In this document: positions 12,683 through 25,540 of the stretch, piece after piece | Layout of the letters: the number at the start of each line of letters is the position of its first letter | How positions within the stretch are numbered: position 1 is the first letter of the stretch | From: Octopus vulgaris | Lineage: Eukaryota | Reading direction: 5' to 3' | Length of the DNA: 64,000 nucleotides | Assembly (NCBI GenBank): GCA_951406725.2 | Contig: OX597814.1 | Location: 163,556,001 to 163,620,000, forward strand | The notes under the pieces: model-generated | Told to the model about the DNA's origin: nothing | Databases searched by the model: none | The model's input: only the letters and a program-made list of their open reading frames with translations | Program-made: the position numbers and the translations under genes

Positions 12683-13914
12683 CTAGGGAAACCTTACTGA
12701 TACAATCCTTTGAATTACAATATAGTTTTAAAGTAAAAGTAATCTGTAAAAACTCTTTGTGATAGATGCTAATTTTTTTTTTTGTTGTTGACTGACAGTG
12801 ATGAGGATTCTATCAGCCTCATCCCAGAAAATTCTTGTAGGAAGGTAATAACTCCAAATATAAACTGATACAAGACACAGGGGCCTCTTTAGTCCTACTG
12901 AAGACAACCTCACTCCAGTACTGGTGGCATGATAAAATGCACCCATTCCATGCTGTAATCTGGTTCATGATAAAAACTGAAAAAGGAAAAAAAAGGATTG
13001 TAAAAAAGAAAAAATAGATAAATATGTAAACTGGTATATGAGAACTGTCTATCACATACAAGAATAGGAAAAGACAATATCATCATCATCATCATCATGG
13101 TGGTGGTGGTGGCGGTGGTGGCTATACAGCAAGTATAGTGGGATGTAGATAATTAAAGAAAATTTATGGAGTTGTCTTAATGCCTGCAGCCTTGTACACT
13201 AGCTCATACCTAATTATTGAGACACATGAAATTTAGGAGAAATGTCCCTTACTTGCCTTGAAAAATATCAACCATTAAGCTAATGGATTTCTTCCTTCTC
13301 TCTGTAATTATCAGTTCATGTTTACTTTCCATGCTGGCATGGATTAGACAAGTTGTCACTGACTGAGTCATTTCTTACAGGGAGCCACTGCTTTTATAAG
13401 CTGGTGGATACCATTTAGCTTGGTTTCTATAGCTGGATGGCCTTCCTTTTGTCAATCACTTTACACTGTGTACTGAGGGCATTTTCTGGTTGCACCAGTA
13501 CTAGCATGGCAGATAAGACCTGTTATCAACTCCTCTACTCAGGAAAGAGAGAGATTGATGATAGCAGAAAGGCCAGAATCATTGAGAGAAAGGAACAAGG
13601 GGTAAAGCATAGAGCATACTTGGTAATCTAAGACATGTATTTTGACTCAAGTAACTGAGGAAGGAAATAGGAGAGGGGAAAAATAGAATGGCCAGGATCC
13701 CAAAAGGATCCCAAGCTCATGGATCTCAAAAGACCCGTTGTGTTTTGGATATTTAAAGAGAAAAACTTCTGATTAAGATCAGAAGGTAAATAGGAGTGAC
13801 AGGTGGCTCTGCATGTTGGCTGGTGTCCTCTCCTATAGTCACTGGTTGACCAAATATCTTATGAGTTAAATTAATTAAAATCAATTTAAGTTACATATGC
13901 CCTTCCTATGTAAA

Positions 13915-14226
13915 ACAATAAACGTTGCCCTTTTCAAGCCTAGCCAGGCTCACGGGCCTGGTTTCCCAGTTTCTGTGGTGTATGTGTTCCCCCCACCTGG
14001 ACGGGACACCAGTCCATCGCAGCATTACTCAAGAAACAGGAAGAGAGAGTGAGAGAAAGTTGTGGTGAAAGAGTACAACAGGGGTCACCACCACCCTCTG
14101 TCGGAGCCTTGTGGAGCTTTTAGGTGTTTTTGGTCAATAAACACACACAACGCCTGGTCTGGGAATTGAAACCGCGATCCTCCGACCACGAGTCCGCTAC
14201 CCTAACTACTGGGCCATTGTGCCTCC
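13915..14226 (-). mobile_element. tRNA-derived SINE with V-domain-like 3' half
   Basis: Head GGAGGCACAATGGCCCAGTAGTTAGG...GGTTTCAATTCC; CTGCGATGGACTGGTGTCCCGTCCAGG...GAAACTGG resembles the V-SINE core. Confidence 0.7.
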
Positions 14227-14326
14227 TTTCCTATATAAATTTAATTAATTTTAATTTGTTTGGTAATTAGTTTTGTAGTATATTATTTTGCACTCTAACT
14301 GCACTATTTTCTTTTTCCACCTTTAG

Positions 14327-14554
14327 AGATATTGAAAAGAAAAAAATGATTATACAGCTTGAGTTTGATGAATGTTTTGAGGTTCTGAGAAATTTAGAGA
14401 GTATAAGTATGGAACGAGACAAAGAAAAGCAGAGTCTAGTTGAAAGTATTCATAAAACTTCCTTATCAAAATCAGATATAGAGAAAAACATATATGCACT
14501 GAAGAGCTCCCTTGAACAAGTAAAAGATAAACTAGCACAAAAGTGTACAGAAAA
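14327..14554 (+). CDS. CCDC146: CCDC146 exon 5, DIEKKKMIIQLEF...QKCTE
   Basis: ctttag acceptor, AA|gtgagt donor, phase 2 to 2. Confidence 0.9.
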
Positions 14555-14766
14555 GTGAGTATTTTTTTAAACATTATTTTATTGTCCAAAATAATAGAAT
14601 GCCAAACTGGATTTACTGAAACAAGTAAAAGATAACAGACAAAAGATAGCTATTTTGAAAGATCTTGATAATATTGAAGGTAGAAGAATTTAAAAAACAA
14701 GTTCGATGTTATATTCTAGTGTGAATAATTTATAGATACAGAACAATATATCTTTCTTCCTCTTAG

Positions 14767-14953
14767 AGATGAAGTTGATATTTCCATTCAGCAAATGTTA
14801 AATGAGAAACAAAGGAGGTTAGAATATGTAACCATCATGTCACGAAATATTGAAAAGGACCAGCGTGAGCTGAAGAAAGCAGAGTTGCAGGTGAAAATTG
14901 CAAAAGATAACTTAAACCATTTACGGAATATTTTGAATAAAATTTCACAGCAG
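14767..14953 (+). CDS. CCDC146: CCDC146 exon 6, DEVDISIQQML...NKISQQ
   Basis: cctcttag acceptor, CAG|gtaaac donor, phase 2 to 0. Confidence 0.9.
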
Positions 14954-15191
14954 GTAAACATTCCATTAATTACATATAAATGCAATTTATTGTTTCTTCT
15001 TTTAACTTTGCACATGTTTTCTCCAATTATAGTGAGTTGGAAAGACATGGAAATTTGTATACTTGTGTTGGATATTTAAAACTGCAAAATAAAATTGATA
15101 CACATATCCTCCTCCTCTTTCCTCTTCTCTTCCTCCTCTTCTCTCCTTTCTTATGGAGTACATACTATCAGCATCACTTCTAAGTCTTCCT

Positions 15192-15426
15192 TATTTCTTT
15201 ATTGCCCACAAGGGGCTGAACATAGAGGGGACAAACAAGGACAGACAAAGGGATTAAGTCAATTACATCGACCCCAGTGCGTAACTGGTACTTAATTTAT
15301 CGACCCCCGAAAGGATGAAAGGCAAAGTCGACCTCGGCGGAATTTGAACTCAGAATGTAATGGCAAACAAAATACTGCTAAGCATTTTGTCCATCATGCT
15401 AACATTTCTGCCAGCTCACCGCCTTA
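15192..15426 (-). mobile_element. tRNA-derived SINE (GGCGGYGAGCTGGCAGAA family) with 16-bp TSD
   Basis: TSD acttctaagtcttcct at 15176-15191 and 15427-15442. Confidence 0.9.
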
Positions 15427-15750
15427 ACTTCTAAGTCTTCCTGCTCCATGAAATCTCTTATAGCTGCCATCTTTCTTTAGGCCTCCAGCTTCTCTAGAAG
15501 AGCTTTGACGAAAAGATGCCAGTAGTCTCTGAGGCAAATTGCATCCATTGCTCAAGACGCGAGTTTTTTTTCTAGTATGAACTGTGTTTCCAAGGTAGAA
15601 ATGTTAACACTAAGCTTAGCCCCACTCTCCAACCTGGATGTAGAGGTCTAAGACTATACTTGGCAACCTTTTACTGTGCCATGGCCATTCTTTGAACCTC
15701 TGAGAGGAACCATCTCCACAGAGAATTTTAGCTGTGATAACTACCTATGA

Positions 15751-15992
15751 AAGGCAGCAAGCTGGCAGAAACATTAGCACACCGAGCAAAATGCTTAATG
15801 GTATTTCGTCTGTCTTTACATTCTGAGTTCAAATTCCGCTGAGGTTGACTTTGCCTTTCATCCTTTTGGGGTTGATAAATTAAGTACCAGTTACACACTG
15901 AGGTCGATATAATCGACTTAATCCGTTTGTCTGTCCTTGTTTGTCCCCTCTGTGTTGAGCCCCTTGTGGGTAGTAAAGAAATAGAAATAGAT
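15751..15992 (+). mobile_element. same SINE family, + orientation
   Basis: Flanked by ctacctatga duplication; B box gagttcaaattcc. Confidence 0.88.
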
Positions 15993-16533
15993 ATCTACCT
16001 ATGATGAACACTTGTATATAATGAGTTGACTGTAGACAAAGTGAAGCACAATAACAGTCATACAATGCTTACTAAGCCAAAATACAACTTGCCATCCAAC
16101 TGGAAAGTTGAGTGACATGACCATGATGATGCTGGTCTCAGGTCAATTGTTGCAAATACCAAAGTTTTGTCTTTACCTAATCTCGAACTAGAAGAACTAA
16201 AATTACTACTGCTGGGTAACTTTTGTTAGTTTTCAGGAGCAGACTTATGGCATGGTGTTAGACAATCAAATAAATTATTCAACCTATCTTTTAGCAAGTC
16301 GATCCTTTCTTTTATTAAAGACTTGCTGTCTAAAATTTGATGTAAGTAAGAAACTTGTTGAGATTTTGGTTGCTGTATTAACTGTATTGGGTTACTACAA
16401 AAATACTTCTGTTATCATAGGATAATTTATTCATTGATGTGAAGTATAACAATGTGTACTGTCTAAATTTTTAAAAATATAATCTTTCTTTTATTAAATT
16501 TTTATTAATAAGATTATATAAAACTTTTTCCAG

Positions 16534-16629
16534 AAAGAATCAGTCCCAACTGATGATGAAAATAGATCCAAAAAAATACAAGAGTTGAAAACAGAAAATG
16601 AACTAAAGTCACAACAGCTAAGTGCACAG
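16534..16629 (+). CDS. CCDC146: CCDC146 exon 7, KESVPTDDENRSKKIQELKTENELKSQQLSAQ
   Basis: ttttccag acceptor, CAG|gtaact donor, 96 nt. Confidence 0.9.
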
Positions 16630-17238
16630 GTAACTTGTAATAATTATCTTGAACAAATTTATCAATTTCTACTTATATTTAGAAAACTAGATTATATTCT
16701 GTGTCACCATGTTCTATGAATCTCTTTCATTCTGCTGCTCTAATGTCTGACAGTCTGTGCAGTCTTTGCATTATAGAAATATGAGAATCTTCCAGTATGA
16801 AAAGCAAGCATAGAAAAGTAAAATAATTTATTTTTTAATGGTTTAATCAGAAAAGAAAAAAGTAGAGTCTATGAACCTTTTCAGGGACACCTGCCCTGAT
16901 TGTCTGCAACAGAGGGATATCCTCCAAAGTTATTCAATGTCCAGGTGGTGATCTTGTATGAGTGAATGATAGGTTATAAACCTATCACCCTGGAGTGGGA
17001 ACAGTCCCATTGATGGGATTTACAGAATTTAATTTACAAAATTCCACATGGTTTCTCTCTACTAAATTCCACTTACAGAGCTTGTCCAAAATTCTGCATT
17101 GAAGCATTGAACCTAAGACCACAGAGTTGCCAAGCAAACTTCTTATCCCCTCAGCTACACCTGCATCCAAGTGAGAATTGAAACTTGGGTTGTATTTTGA
17201 AGTTGCTAAGAGTATTCATTGCTTTAAGGAATTGCACC

Positions 17239-17497
17239 ATGATGATGATGATGATGGCGGCAGCGAGGAATTGCACCATGATAATGATGGCGATGATGAT
17301 GATGATGATGGTGACGATGATGATGATGGCGACGACAATGACAATGATGATGACGATGGCGACGACGATGATGATGGCCATAGCGACGTCGATGGCGACA
17401 ACAACAATGATGATGGTGATGCCGACGACGATGGTGACAATGATGACGATGGCAACGACAACAATGACGTCTGAAAATGATAACAATAATGATGACA
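17239..17497. repeat. degenerate (GAT/GAC/AAT)n trinucleotide tract
   Basis: Direct; produces spurious poly-D, poly-M, poly-H and poly-S ORFs. Confidence 0.95.
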
Positions 17498-17659
17498 ATT
17501 TCTTTCATACACTGAAAACTTGACTGTTACATAGAAGAGTAGAGATAGTTATACTCTTCTTATGGTCAGTCAGGTCGTAGCAGAAGAGGTTCCTATTGGG
17601 AGTCAAAATTGATGTGTGGACTAAAAACCTGCTGCAAATTATAGTGGTCTGCACTATTG

Positions 17660-18160
17660 TGCTCACTTTTCACTGAGGCTTCCATCTGTCATGAATGACC
17701 CTAGATGACTCTTGTTGTTTGCCTCTCTGGAACGGCTTTGTCTATGGTTGAACTGTCTAATGTATGAATGGCAGTTTCCGCCACACAAGCTGCATTTGTG
17801 GGCCATCCTGGTGCTGTTTGAGTTGTAGTGTTTTCTGTGGGACTGCCTTTCTACCCCAGTATTCATTAGTCTCCAGTAGGGTGCATTTGATAGGACAAAA
17901 CCTGGGTAGTATGGTATCAAGTACAGGTTGTTACCTGTGTAGCATGTCCTCACTCCCTCTCCAAGTCACTGGTGAATCCAAAGGTTGTTACAATTTGACA
18001 CCACCATTGCTACATTGTTAGGGGTTGCCAGAATGAGATTGTAGACAACAGCAAACTGCTTCAGGTGCTCCAACTCCTGATTTTCCCTCAGGTTTACAGG
18101 TATGGCTTTAAGGCAGCAAAAGTTTGGAATTAGTGTTTCCTTTCCCTAGATGGATTGTCC
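17660..18160 (-). mobile_element. internally deleted RTE-type LINE remnant
   Basis: C-terminal zinc-finger-like HKCSLCGGNCHSYIRQFNHRQS typical of RTE ORF ends. Confidence 0.5.
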
Positions 18161-18540
18161 TCCCACCTCCTCAGGCTAATCTGTCTGACTGATTTGCTAA
18201 TCAACTCAAACCTGGGACCTCGACAAGTTCCACTACTCCAAGTCAGAATAGTCCTGGAAATAATAGTGGCTAAGAGGTGATTCCACACTCCTCAAAACCC
18301 TGGAACTCTTGAATCAAGAACACACTAGTGGATATAGTTTATAGTCATACCAAGAACAATGCTCACCATATATATATATATATACATATATATATAGTGC
18401 TCAGCATATCTATAGCGCTCACCATATATCAATATCATTACAGATATAGGGTAAAGAATTATTAATTTAATTAATAAATTTTACCAAGTAGTTTCGGTAT
18501 GGAAAAGAACCATATTCGGTAAAAACTTAAGTTTTTTTTT

Positions 18541-18661
18541 TATATATAATTATAACTATAATTAAGGGTTTAGCAACAAGTTGCAACAAGTGGCTGCTAT
18601 TTCTAAATTTTCGGTATGTGGTTTGTTGCTAAACCCTTAATTATAGTTATAATTATATATA
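18541..18661. repeat. perfect 39-bp inverted repeat with 43-nt spacer
   Basis: 18541-18579 is the exact reverse complement of 18623-18661. Confidence 0.9.
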
Positions 18662-19058
18662 TAGTATAGCCCGGCGTTGCTTGGGATTGTTTTCTTTTCA
18701 ACCCTTTAGAATTGGAATTTTTGAAAAGTAAAAATTTTGCATTATGTAGCTTGTTATTCTCTTTATGTGAACATTTTTCTGGTTGAAATACACTGAAAAA
18801 TGGCGACACAGCAGTCAAAAAATCGTAAAAAATAGGGATTTTCATAGAAAAAAAAAGCACCTTTTTGATGTAAATAATTTTTGGTCTTAACATGGTCCAA
18901 TTTGAATTTTTTTTTCTATGGAATGAAGAGCAAGCCTTCTTCTATCATACTCTCAATTTTGGTCAACTTGCACTGCAGGGTCTCAGAGGAGATAGTGTTT
19001 GTTGAAGGCTACCAAACCTGCCACACACAGACAACTTCAGCTTTATATATAAAGAAGA
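18662..19058 (-). mobile_element. non-autonomous Helitron (about 400 bp), 3' CTAG lost
   Basis: A|TCTTCTTTATATATAAAG 5' end, CCCAAGCAACGCCGGG 3' hairpin; close sister copy at about 63145-63537. Confidence 0.8.
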
Positions 19059-19214
19059 TATATATATATATAGTAAATAGATATTTTTTATTAAAGATTT
19101 GTACACGAAGACATGTATTTTAGCATAATTGGTAGCTCAAATGAAGAAAAAAATCAGGATCCAATTTAAATATGTTGGAAGGCAATTGTTAACAGGATAA
19201 AGAATTTGAAGAAT

Positions 19215-20340
19215 CAATAAACACTGAAAATGCGCAGAGACCAAATTCCGCCACATTCCAGGGAGAAAAACTAGAAATAGTTGATAGCTTCCGTTACCTA
19301 GGTGACCAAGTCAGCAGCGGGGGCGGGTGTGTTGAAAGTGTAACTGCTAGAGTAAGAATAGCCTGGGCAAAGTACAGAGAGCTCTTACCTCTGCTAGAGA
19401 CAAAAGGCCTCTCGCTCAGAGTAAAAGGCAGACTGTATGACGCATGTGTACGAACAGCCATGCTACATGGCAGTGAAACATGGGCCATGACTGCTGAGGA
19501 TATGCGTAAGCTCGCAAGAAATGAAGCTAGTATGCTCCGATTGATGTGTAATGTCAGTGTTCATACTCGACAGAGTGTAAGTACCTTGAGAGAAAAGTTG
19601 GACCTAAGAAGCATCAGTTGTGGTGTGCAAGAGAGACATTTGCGCTGGTATGGTCATGTGGCGAGAATGGATGAAGATAGTTGTGTGAAAAAGTGCCACA
19701 CCCTAGCGGTTGAGGGAACCTGTGGAAGAGGTAGACCCAGGAAAACCTGGGACGAGGTGGTGAAGCACGACCTTTGAACTTTAGGTCTCACCGAGGAAAT
19801 GACTTGAGACCGAGACCTTTGGAAGTATGCTGTGCGTAAGAAGACCCGGCAGGACAAGTGAGGCCATAATCCGTGGCCTCAGTTCACTTTATGCATACCT
19901 TAACTTTTTGGGACACAAAACTCTACTTGTGAAGACCTGTTGAGGCAAGTGAAAAACAAACAAAATCAAAATCAAAATCGATCAACATCAATGGAAATCA
20001 TAGCTGTGATACCAGTGCCTGTGGCACATAAGAGAACCATCCGAACGTGGCCATTGCCAGTGCCGCCCCGACTGCCTCCATGCCAGTGGCACATAAAAAG
20101 CACCATCCAATCGTGGCTGTTGCCAGCCTCGCCTGGCCTCCGTGCCGGTGGCACGTAAAAAGCACCCACTACACTCATGGAGTGGTTAGCGTTAGGAAGG
20201 GCATCCAGCTGTAGAAACATTGCCAGATCAGACTGGGCCTGGTGCAGCCTTCTGGCTTCCCAGACCCCAGTTGAACCGTCCAACCCATGCCAGCATGGAA
20301 AGCGGACGCTAATCGATGATGATGATGATGATGATGATGA
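19215..20340 (+). mobile_element. 5'-truncated RTE LINE
   Basis: VDSFRYLGD, MLHGSETW, LRWYGHV, RGRPRKTW; 3' UTR repeats; (GAT)n tail. Confidence 0.92.
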
Positions 20341-20526
20341 ATTCAGTTACAAGAAAAACAATGGAGTATGCTAAGAGAAGAAACATCTAATATTCTGTGT
20401 AAGGCTGTTCAAATATTTTCCTAGATATATCTGTTGTTTAAAGTGAGGTTTTGTCTAAAGCAATGACCAAAGAAATAAAAGACAATTATTATTATTTGGG
20501 ACTTGTTTTTTTTTTTACTTTTCAAG

Positions 20527-20652
20527 AACAGGGTAATGGCAACAGAAAATATGAAGTTTGACAAAAGTGTTCAATGTGAACAAGAATTGTTGCAGGAATA
20601 CTTTGAAGGGGATTTAGAACTGCAAGAATTGAGTCGACTTGCAATCATGAAG
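20527..20652 (+). CDS. CCDC146: CCDC146 exon 8, NRVMATEN...LSRLAIMK
   Basis: cttttcaag acceptor, AAG|gtaact donor, 126 nt, phase 0 to 0. Confidence 0.87.
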
Positions 20653-21080
20653 GTAACTAAACACTTGTATTTATATATTTCTTCATTATTCTACCATTTA
20701 CTTGATATTTAGTTGATTGGCACCTGCCATGTCTTTTTCATGATCTAACAGAGAAAAACAAATCAAATAATTTCCTTGATTCTATTAGACCTTTATGGTT
20801 TCTGACACTAATTTCTGTCTCTGTTTAAGTAAGTTTCACCATTAAGCCATTTCACTGCAAAAACCACCAACCGATCGTGGCCATTGCCAGCCTCTCTTGG
20901 CACCTGTGCCGGTGGCACGTAAAAAGCACCCACTACACTCACAGAGTGGTTGGTGTTAGGAAGGGCATGCAGCTGTAGAAACACTGCTAGATCAGACTGG
21001 GAGCCTGGTGCAGCCTCCTGGCTTCCCAGACCCCGGTCAAACTGTCCAATCCTTGCTAGCATGGAAAACGGACGTTAAAC

Positions 21081-21120
21081 GATGATGATGATGATGGTGA
21101 TGATGATGATGATGATGATG

Positions 21121-21192
<72 letters not shown>

Positions 21193-21308
21193 TAGTTTTA
21201 TTTTTATAGCATGCTTTCACTTCACTACCGAGCGCAGCTCTGTGTGCCTTGGGTATGTGCTGTGATTTGTTGTGATGCTTTGATGGTTATTATTATTATT
21301 ATTATTAC

Positions 21309-21375
<67 letters not shown>
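21081..21375. repeat. (GAT)n then (ATT)n microsatellite interrupted by a 100-bp insert (21190-21287)
   Basis: Direct. Confidence 0.9.
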
Positions 21376-21376
<1 letters not shown>

Positions 21377-22049
21377 TAAAGTGGATATGCCTACAGAACC
21401 CAAGGTATAGAATGTAGAAAAGAAGACCAGAATTAAACACTTGGTGAACATCCATGTAGACACTAATTGCTTTATTATGCTTATTACTAATCTTGTCATT
21501 AGACTGAGGTTTCAACAAAGGAGCTGTGTGGGTTGATACCCACTGGATTATATTTCCCCTTATTTATTTATTTATTTATTTATGTATTTACCCACAAACA
21601 TTTATTTAAAACATTTAATCTTACTTTATCCATTTCTATAAAGAAATAAAATCTAAAATTAATTGTTGATTTTGAAATTCTCATGACTCACTTGCTGCAC
21701 AGATTTACGTGAACCCTGGCAATACTTTTCTAGTTACTCTTTCTTGTTTTGTGGAGCTTGCTGATGCCTGCAATCTTCCAGAACATTTCTTGATGGCATT
21801 CTGAACAGTTCCATCTGCTTCAAACTTAGCTCTAATTCAAGAAAGTCATATAGATGGATCTGTTTGAAACTATCCCCTAAACAGTCTTTGCACTTGGTTT
21901 TCAAACTTCCAGTAGCACTTTAGGATAAATTGTCTTTGTCCAAAGCTTGTCTTATTCCATTCATTATTTCTAATAGGTTATAGCTGAATAAAAATGGAAA
22001 TTGTCATTAGCTGTTAAAGTGTATATTGTAGAGTTCTATATTCTTGATT

Positions 22050-22342
22050 GCTACTAGAAAAGCTCGGTTGCGAGATGATGCTTCGGTGAAACATCATGAA
22101 GTGGAAGCTACGGTTCTTTGGCCACATCATGCGTCGGGATGGACTTGAGTGAACGATCATGACTGGCAAGGTGAATGGCAGATGTAAAAGAGGCAGAACA
22201 CCCACTTCTTGACTGAAAGACATCACAACCACAGGATTTGTCTTTATTCTCAGCTGTCCATAGGGCAGAGGACAGGAGAAGGTGGCAAGACATCATGATG
22301 ATTACAGCATTGCCTAGTGTGACACCTGACTAGGCTGATGAT
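22050..22342 (+). mobile_element. 3' end of a second RTE-like LINE family
   Basis: KLRFFGHIMRRDGLE..IMTGKVNGRCKRGR with stops; short gat tail. Confidence 0.7.
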
Positions 22343-22885
22343 GAGTATATTCTTAATTGTGATATATAACCAGTCAGAAAGTTATCATTGCTTGTGTCTA
22401 CTGTTGCACTTGACATTACTGACAACTCATCAAGCATGCTGATATTTTGTGTTTTTTCACCACCATGCTGACCAAGACTGTATATTTACCTCCAGTATAT
22501 TTACCTAAGGCGGCGAGCTGGCAGAAACGTTAGCATGCCGGGCGAAATGCGTAGCCATATTTCATCTGCCGTTACATTCTGAGTTCAAATTCCACCGAGG
22601 TCGACTTTGCCTTTCATCCTTTCGGGGTCGATAAATTAAGTACCAGTTGCGCACTGGGGTCGATGGAATCGACTTGATCTATTTGTCTGTCCTTGTTTGT
22701 CCTCTCTGTGTTCAGCCCCTTACGGGTAGTAAAGAAATATGTATATTTACCTCCAGCATTGAAGATGCTATGTACTTCCAGCCAGCATGTCCAGTCAGTT
22801 GTCTGCATTGCTAAGTGCAATAGTAAATATAAACATATGGTAATTTTCTGACTGGTTATATGTCACAACTAGGAATATGCTACTC
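22343..22885. mobile_element. fold-back MITE with about 85-bp TIRs (GAG...CTC termini) interrupted by a SINE
   Basis: gagtatattcttaattgtgatatataaccagtcagaaa... versus ...ttttctgactggttatatgtcacaactaggaatatgctactc. Confidence 0.7.
22507..22740 (+). mobile_element. tRNA-derived SINE (GGCGGCGAGCTGGCAGAA family) with 16-bp TSD
   Basis: TSD gtatatttacctccag at 22480-22495 and 22741-22756. Confidence 0.9.
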
Positions 22886-22952
22886 AGTAATATAACTGCT
22901 CCAACTCTCCTTTAGAGTGTTCTTTTTTCTCACTTATGGACAATTGACTGAT

Positions 22953-23002
<50 letters not shown>

Positions 23003-23079
23003 GCATGTATGTATGCTGTATGTATATATACTTTTAAATTATTGTTTCAGAATATTATGTATTTCTACATATTTTCTAG

Positions 23080-23213
23080 ACTGTTGAGCGGGACAAAAAA
23101 GCCCGAGATAAAAATCGGGCTGACAACCGACATCGATGTATAAAGGAGGAATTAAAAGCAAAATATGGTCTTATTGATGATCATAAGAAGAAGCTGAGAG
23201 AAAAAAAGAAAAG
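23080..23213 (+). CDS. CCDC146: CCDC146 exon 9, TVERDKKARD...HKKKLREKKK
   Basis: ttttctag acceptor, AG|gtacag donor, phase 0 to 2. Confidence 0.9.
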
Positions 23214-23278
23214 GTACAGAACCATTTCAACCCTGTGTGAATATATATGTGTCTATGTAAAAGGAGTGGGGTATGTGA

Positions 23279-23339
<61 letters not shown>

Positions 23340-23344
23340 CGTGC

Positions 23345-23383
<39 letters not shown>

Positions 23384-23676
23384 CAATGGAAGTGGAATGG
23401 TTCATCTTTGTTTGCTTAGTATTTGGGTTTATTTTTTGATTTGGTTGAATCTTGGTTTTTTATTTTTTTGTTGGTCAAATATTTTTAGTGTTTTGACAGA
23501 AAAAAGTCATTCTAAAATTGTTTTTTAATGTAAGTGTGCCTAAACAAGTCAAATACTTACACAGAGCAGGTTTTACAGCCACATCATCCAAAATACCAGG
23601 TGAAACTGGGCTTAGCTGCTAGTATATATATATATATATATGAGCGTTGTAGTTCTCTTGAAGCAATGTAGCAATA

Positions 23677-24095
23677 GGCGCAGGAGTGGCTGTGTGGTAA
23701 GTAGCTTGTTTACCAACCACATGGTTCCGGGTTCAGTCCCACTGCGTGGCACCTTGGGCAAGTGTCTTCTACTATAGCCTCGGGCCGACCAAAGCCTTGT
23801 GAGTGGATTTGGTAGACGGAAACTGAAAGAAGCCCGTTGTATATATGTATATATATATATGTGTGTGTGTGTGTTTGTGTGTCTGTGTTTGTCCCCCTGG
23901 CATTGCTTGACAACCGATGCTGGTGTGTTTGCGTCCTTGTTACTTAGCGGTTCGGCAAAAGAGACCGATAGAATAAGTACTGGGCTTACAAAAAAAATAA
24001 GTCCCGGGGTCGAGTTGCTCGATTAAAGGCGGTGCTCCAGCATGGCCGCAGTCAAATGACTGAAACAAGTAAAAGAGTAAAAGAGAAAGAGAGTA
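23677..24095 (+). mobile_element. full-length CORE-type tRNA SINE
   Basis: A box TGGCTGTGTGG, B box GGTTCAGTCC, accttgggcaagt core, gtaaaaga tail; near-identical copy at 50128-50523. Confidence 0.88.
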
Positions 24096-24682
24096 AGTAG
24101 AAAGGGAGTAGAAGAAAGCAGTCAAAGAAATGTTTAGTATATCAATATACTCATGTATAAAAAGAATAAAGTTAACTAGGCAAGCCAATGTGGTTGCTTG
24201 ACCTCTTAGAAATAGCATCTACATCTCCCTCAAATTACACTGTACTTTCTTAAGAAAGCAGATAACATTGGATTATGTAGCCCTAGATATATTGTGTCTG
24301 ATTGAAAGATGGTTATATGGTCATGACCAGTGCTGCCCAACGTCTGGCCCACAAAGCCTTAGAATTTGGCCTGCTAGTCCGTCTTCAATTTATAGGTATC
24401 TGCAAAACAAATTACAAAAGATGTATTCATAGATCACAAAAAATCACATTAAAGTATCCTCTTTATTTCAGTCATGACTCATGACTGAAATCTGATTGTT
24501 GGTCTGCTTGATCAGAGCTGAGCTGTGATTAAACAGCAGTAACCACAACAGTATATTTACCCAAACAAAATAATCCTTTCTTCTTCTACATCTTCATTTT
24601 CTTTCCTTTCCTTTTCTTTTCTTTTCTATCCACACTTTCTTAAGTTTCTTCCCACCATTCATATTTTTCTTGCTTGTTGTAG

Positions 24683-24847
24683 ACTAAAGGTTTTTGCCCA
24701 GAAATATGAAAGCATGAAAACTGACCGGAACAAGTATGTATCCCTCATCCAGAGTAGTACACAAAAGACCAGCGAACTGAGGCAGAAGATAAAAATCATA
24801 CAGAATGAAATGGAGATCCTCCGAACAGCAGTTGTACTGAAAGACAA
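24683..24847 (+). CDS. CCDC146: CCDC146 exon 10, LKVFAQKYESMKTDRNKYV...EILRTAVVLKD
   Basis: ttgttgtag acceptor, AA|gtgagt donor; conserved RNK(Y/F)V and NE.EILR motifs. Confidence 0.93.
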
Positions 24848-25540
24848 GTGAGTAGGAAACAGTTAATTTATGTGGCAGAGTTATTTAGATGATTTACTAG
24901 CTTCTAAGTTACTTATCTTCTATTATCTTTTTTTTATCCAGATTTCAGTGTTTGGAGAAGGTCATACTGATACACATTCTTTACAGTTTATTTTTGTTGT
25001 TGATTATATGATCCCTTCTATTTTGTATGGCACTTAGTAGCAGTTTTCTAATGGGAGATAACTTATTCAGACTTGGATACCACTGGCTATATCTGTTCAA
25101 GCAGTTTGGTTCTCACTCACTTCACACTGATACAAGCATATACAAGAATTCTCTGCGTGTAATTCACAATAAAAATGCATCTAATACATTTTGTAACAAG
25201 GTTGGTGAATGAACTGAGACAACACAGGGTAGAGAGTTTTACTGGACACAAGACAGCCTCAATTATATTAATGCTATATGCATACAATACACTCTCTGTA
25301 AAGGCTGGTAATTGGAAGGGCACCTAGCCACGGAAACTTGATAAAAAATAGAATGTAAGAAGGAAAGATGGTTCTGTCTAGGAGAGCAGAAACTCCAAAT
25401 AAGAGCTGACTCACACTGTGTCCATCTCTCCAACCCATTCTAGAATAGAAAATGGGATATGTTAGTTAGTTAGTTAATTTGGCTCAAAAGCAAATAGCAA
25501 GGCCATGTAGGGGGACATGGAGTTAAGTACAGGGTGGTGT

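Noticed and set aside
17151-17523. Asp-, Met-, His- and Ser-rich ORFs
   Set aside because: Trinucleotide repeat open in several frames, intronic, no fitting splice phase.
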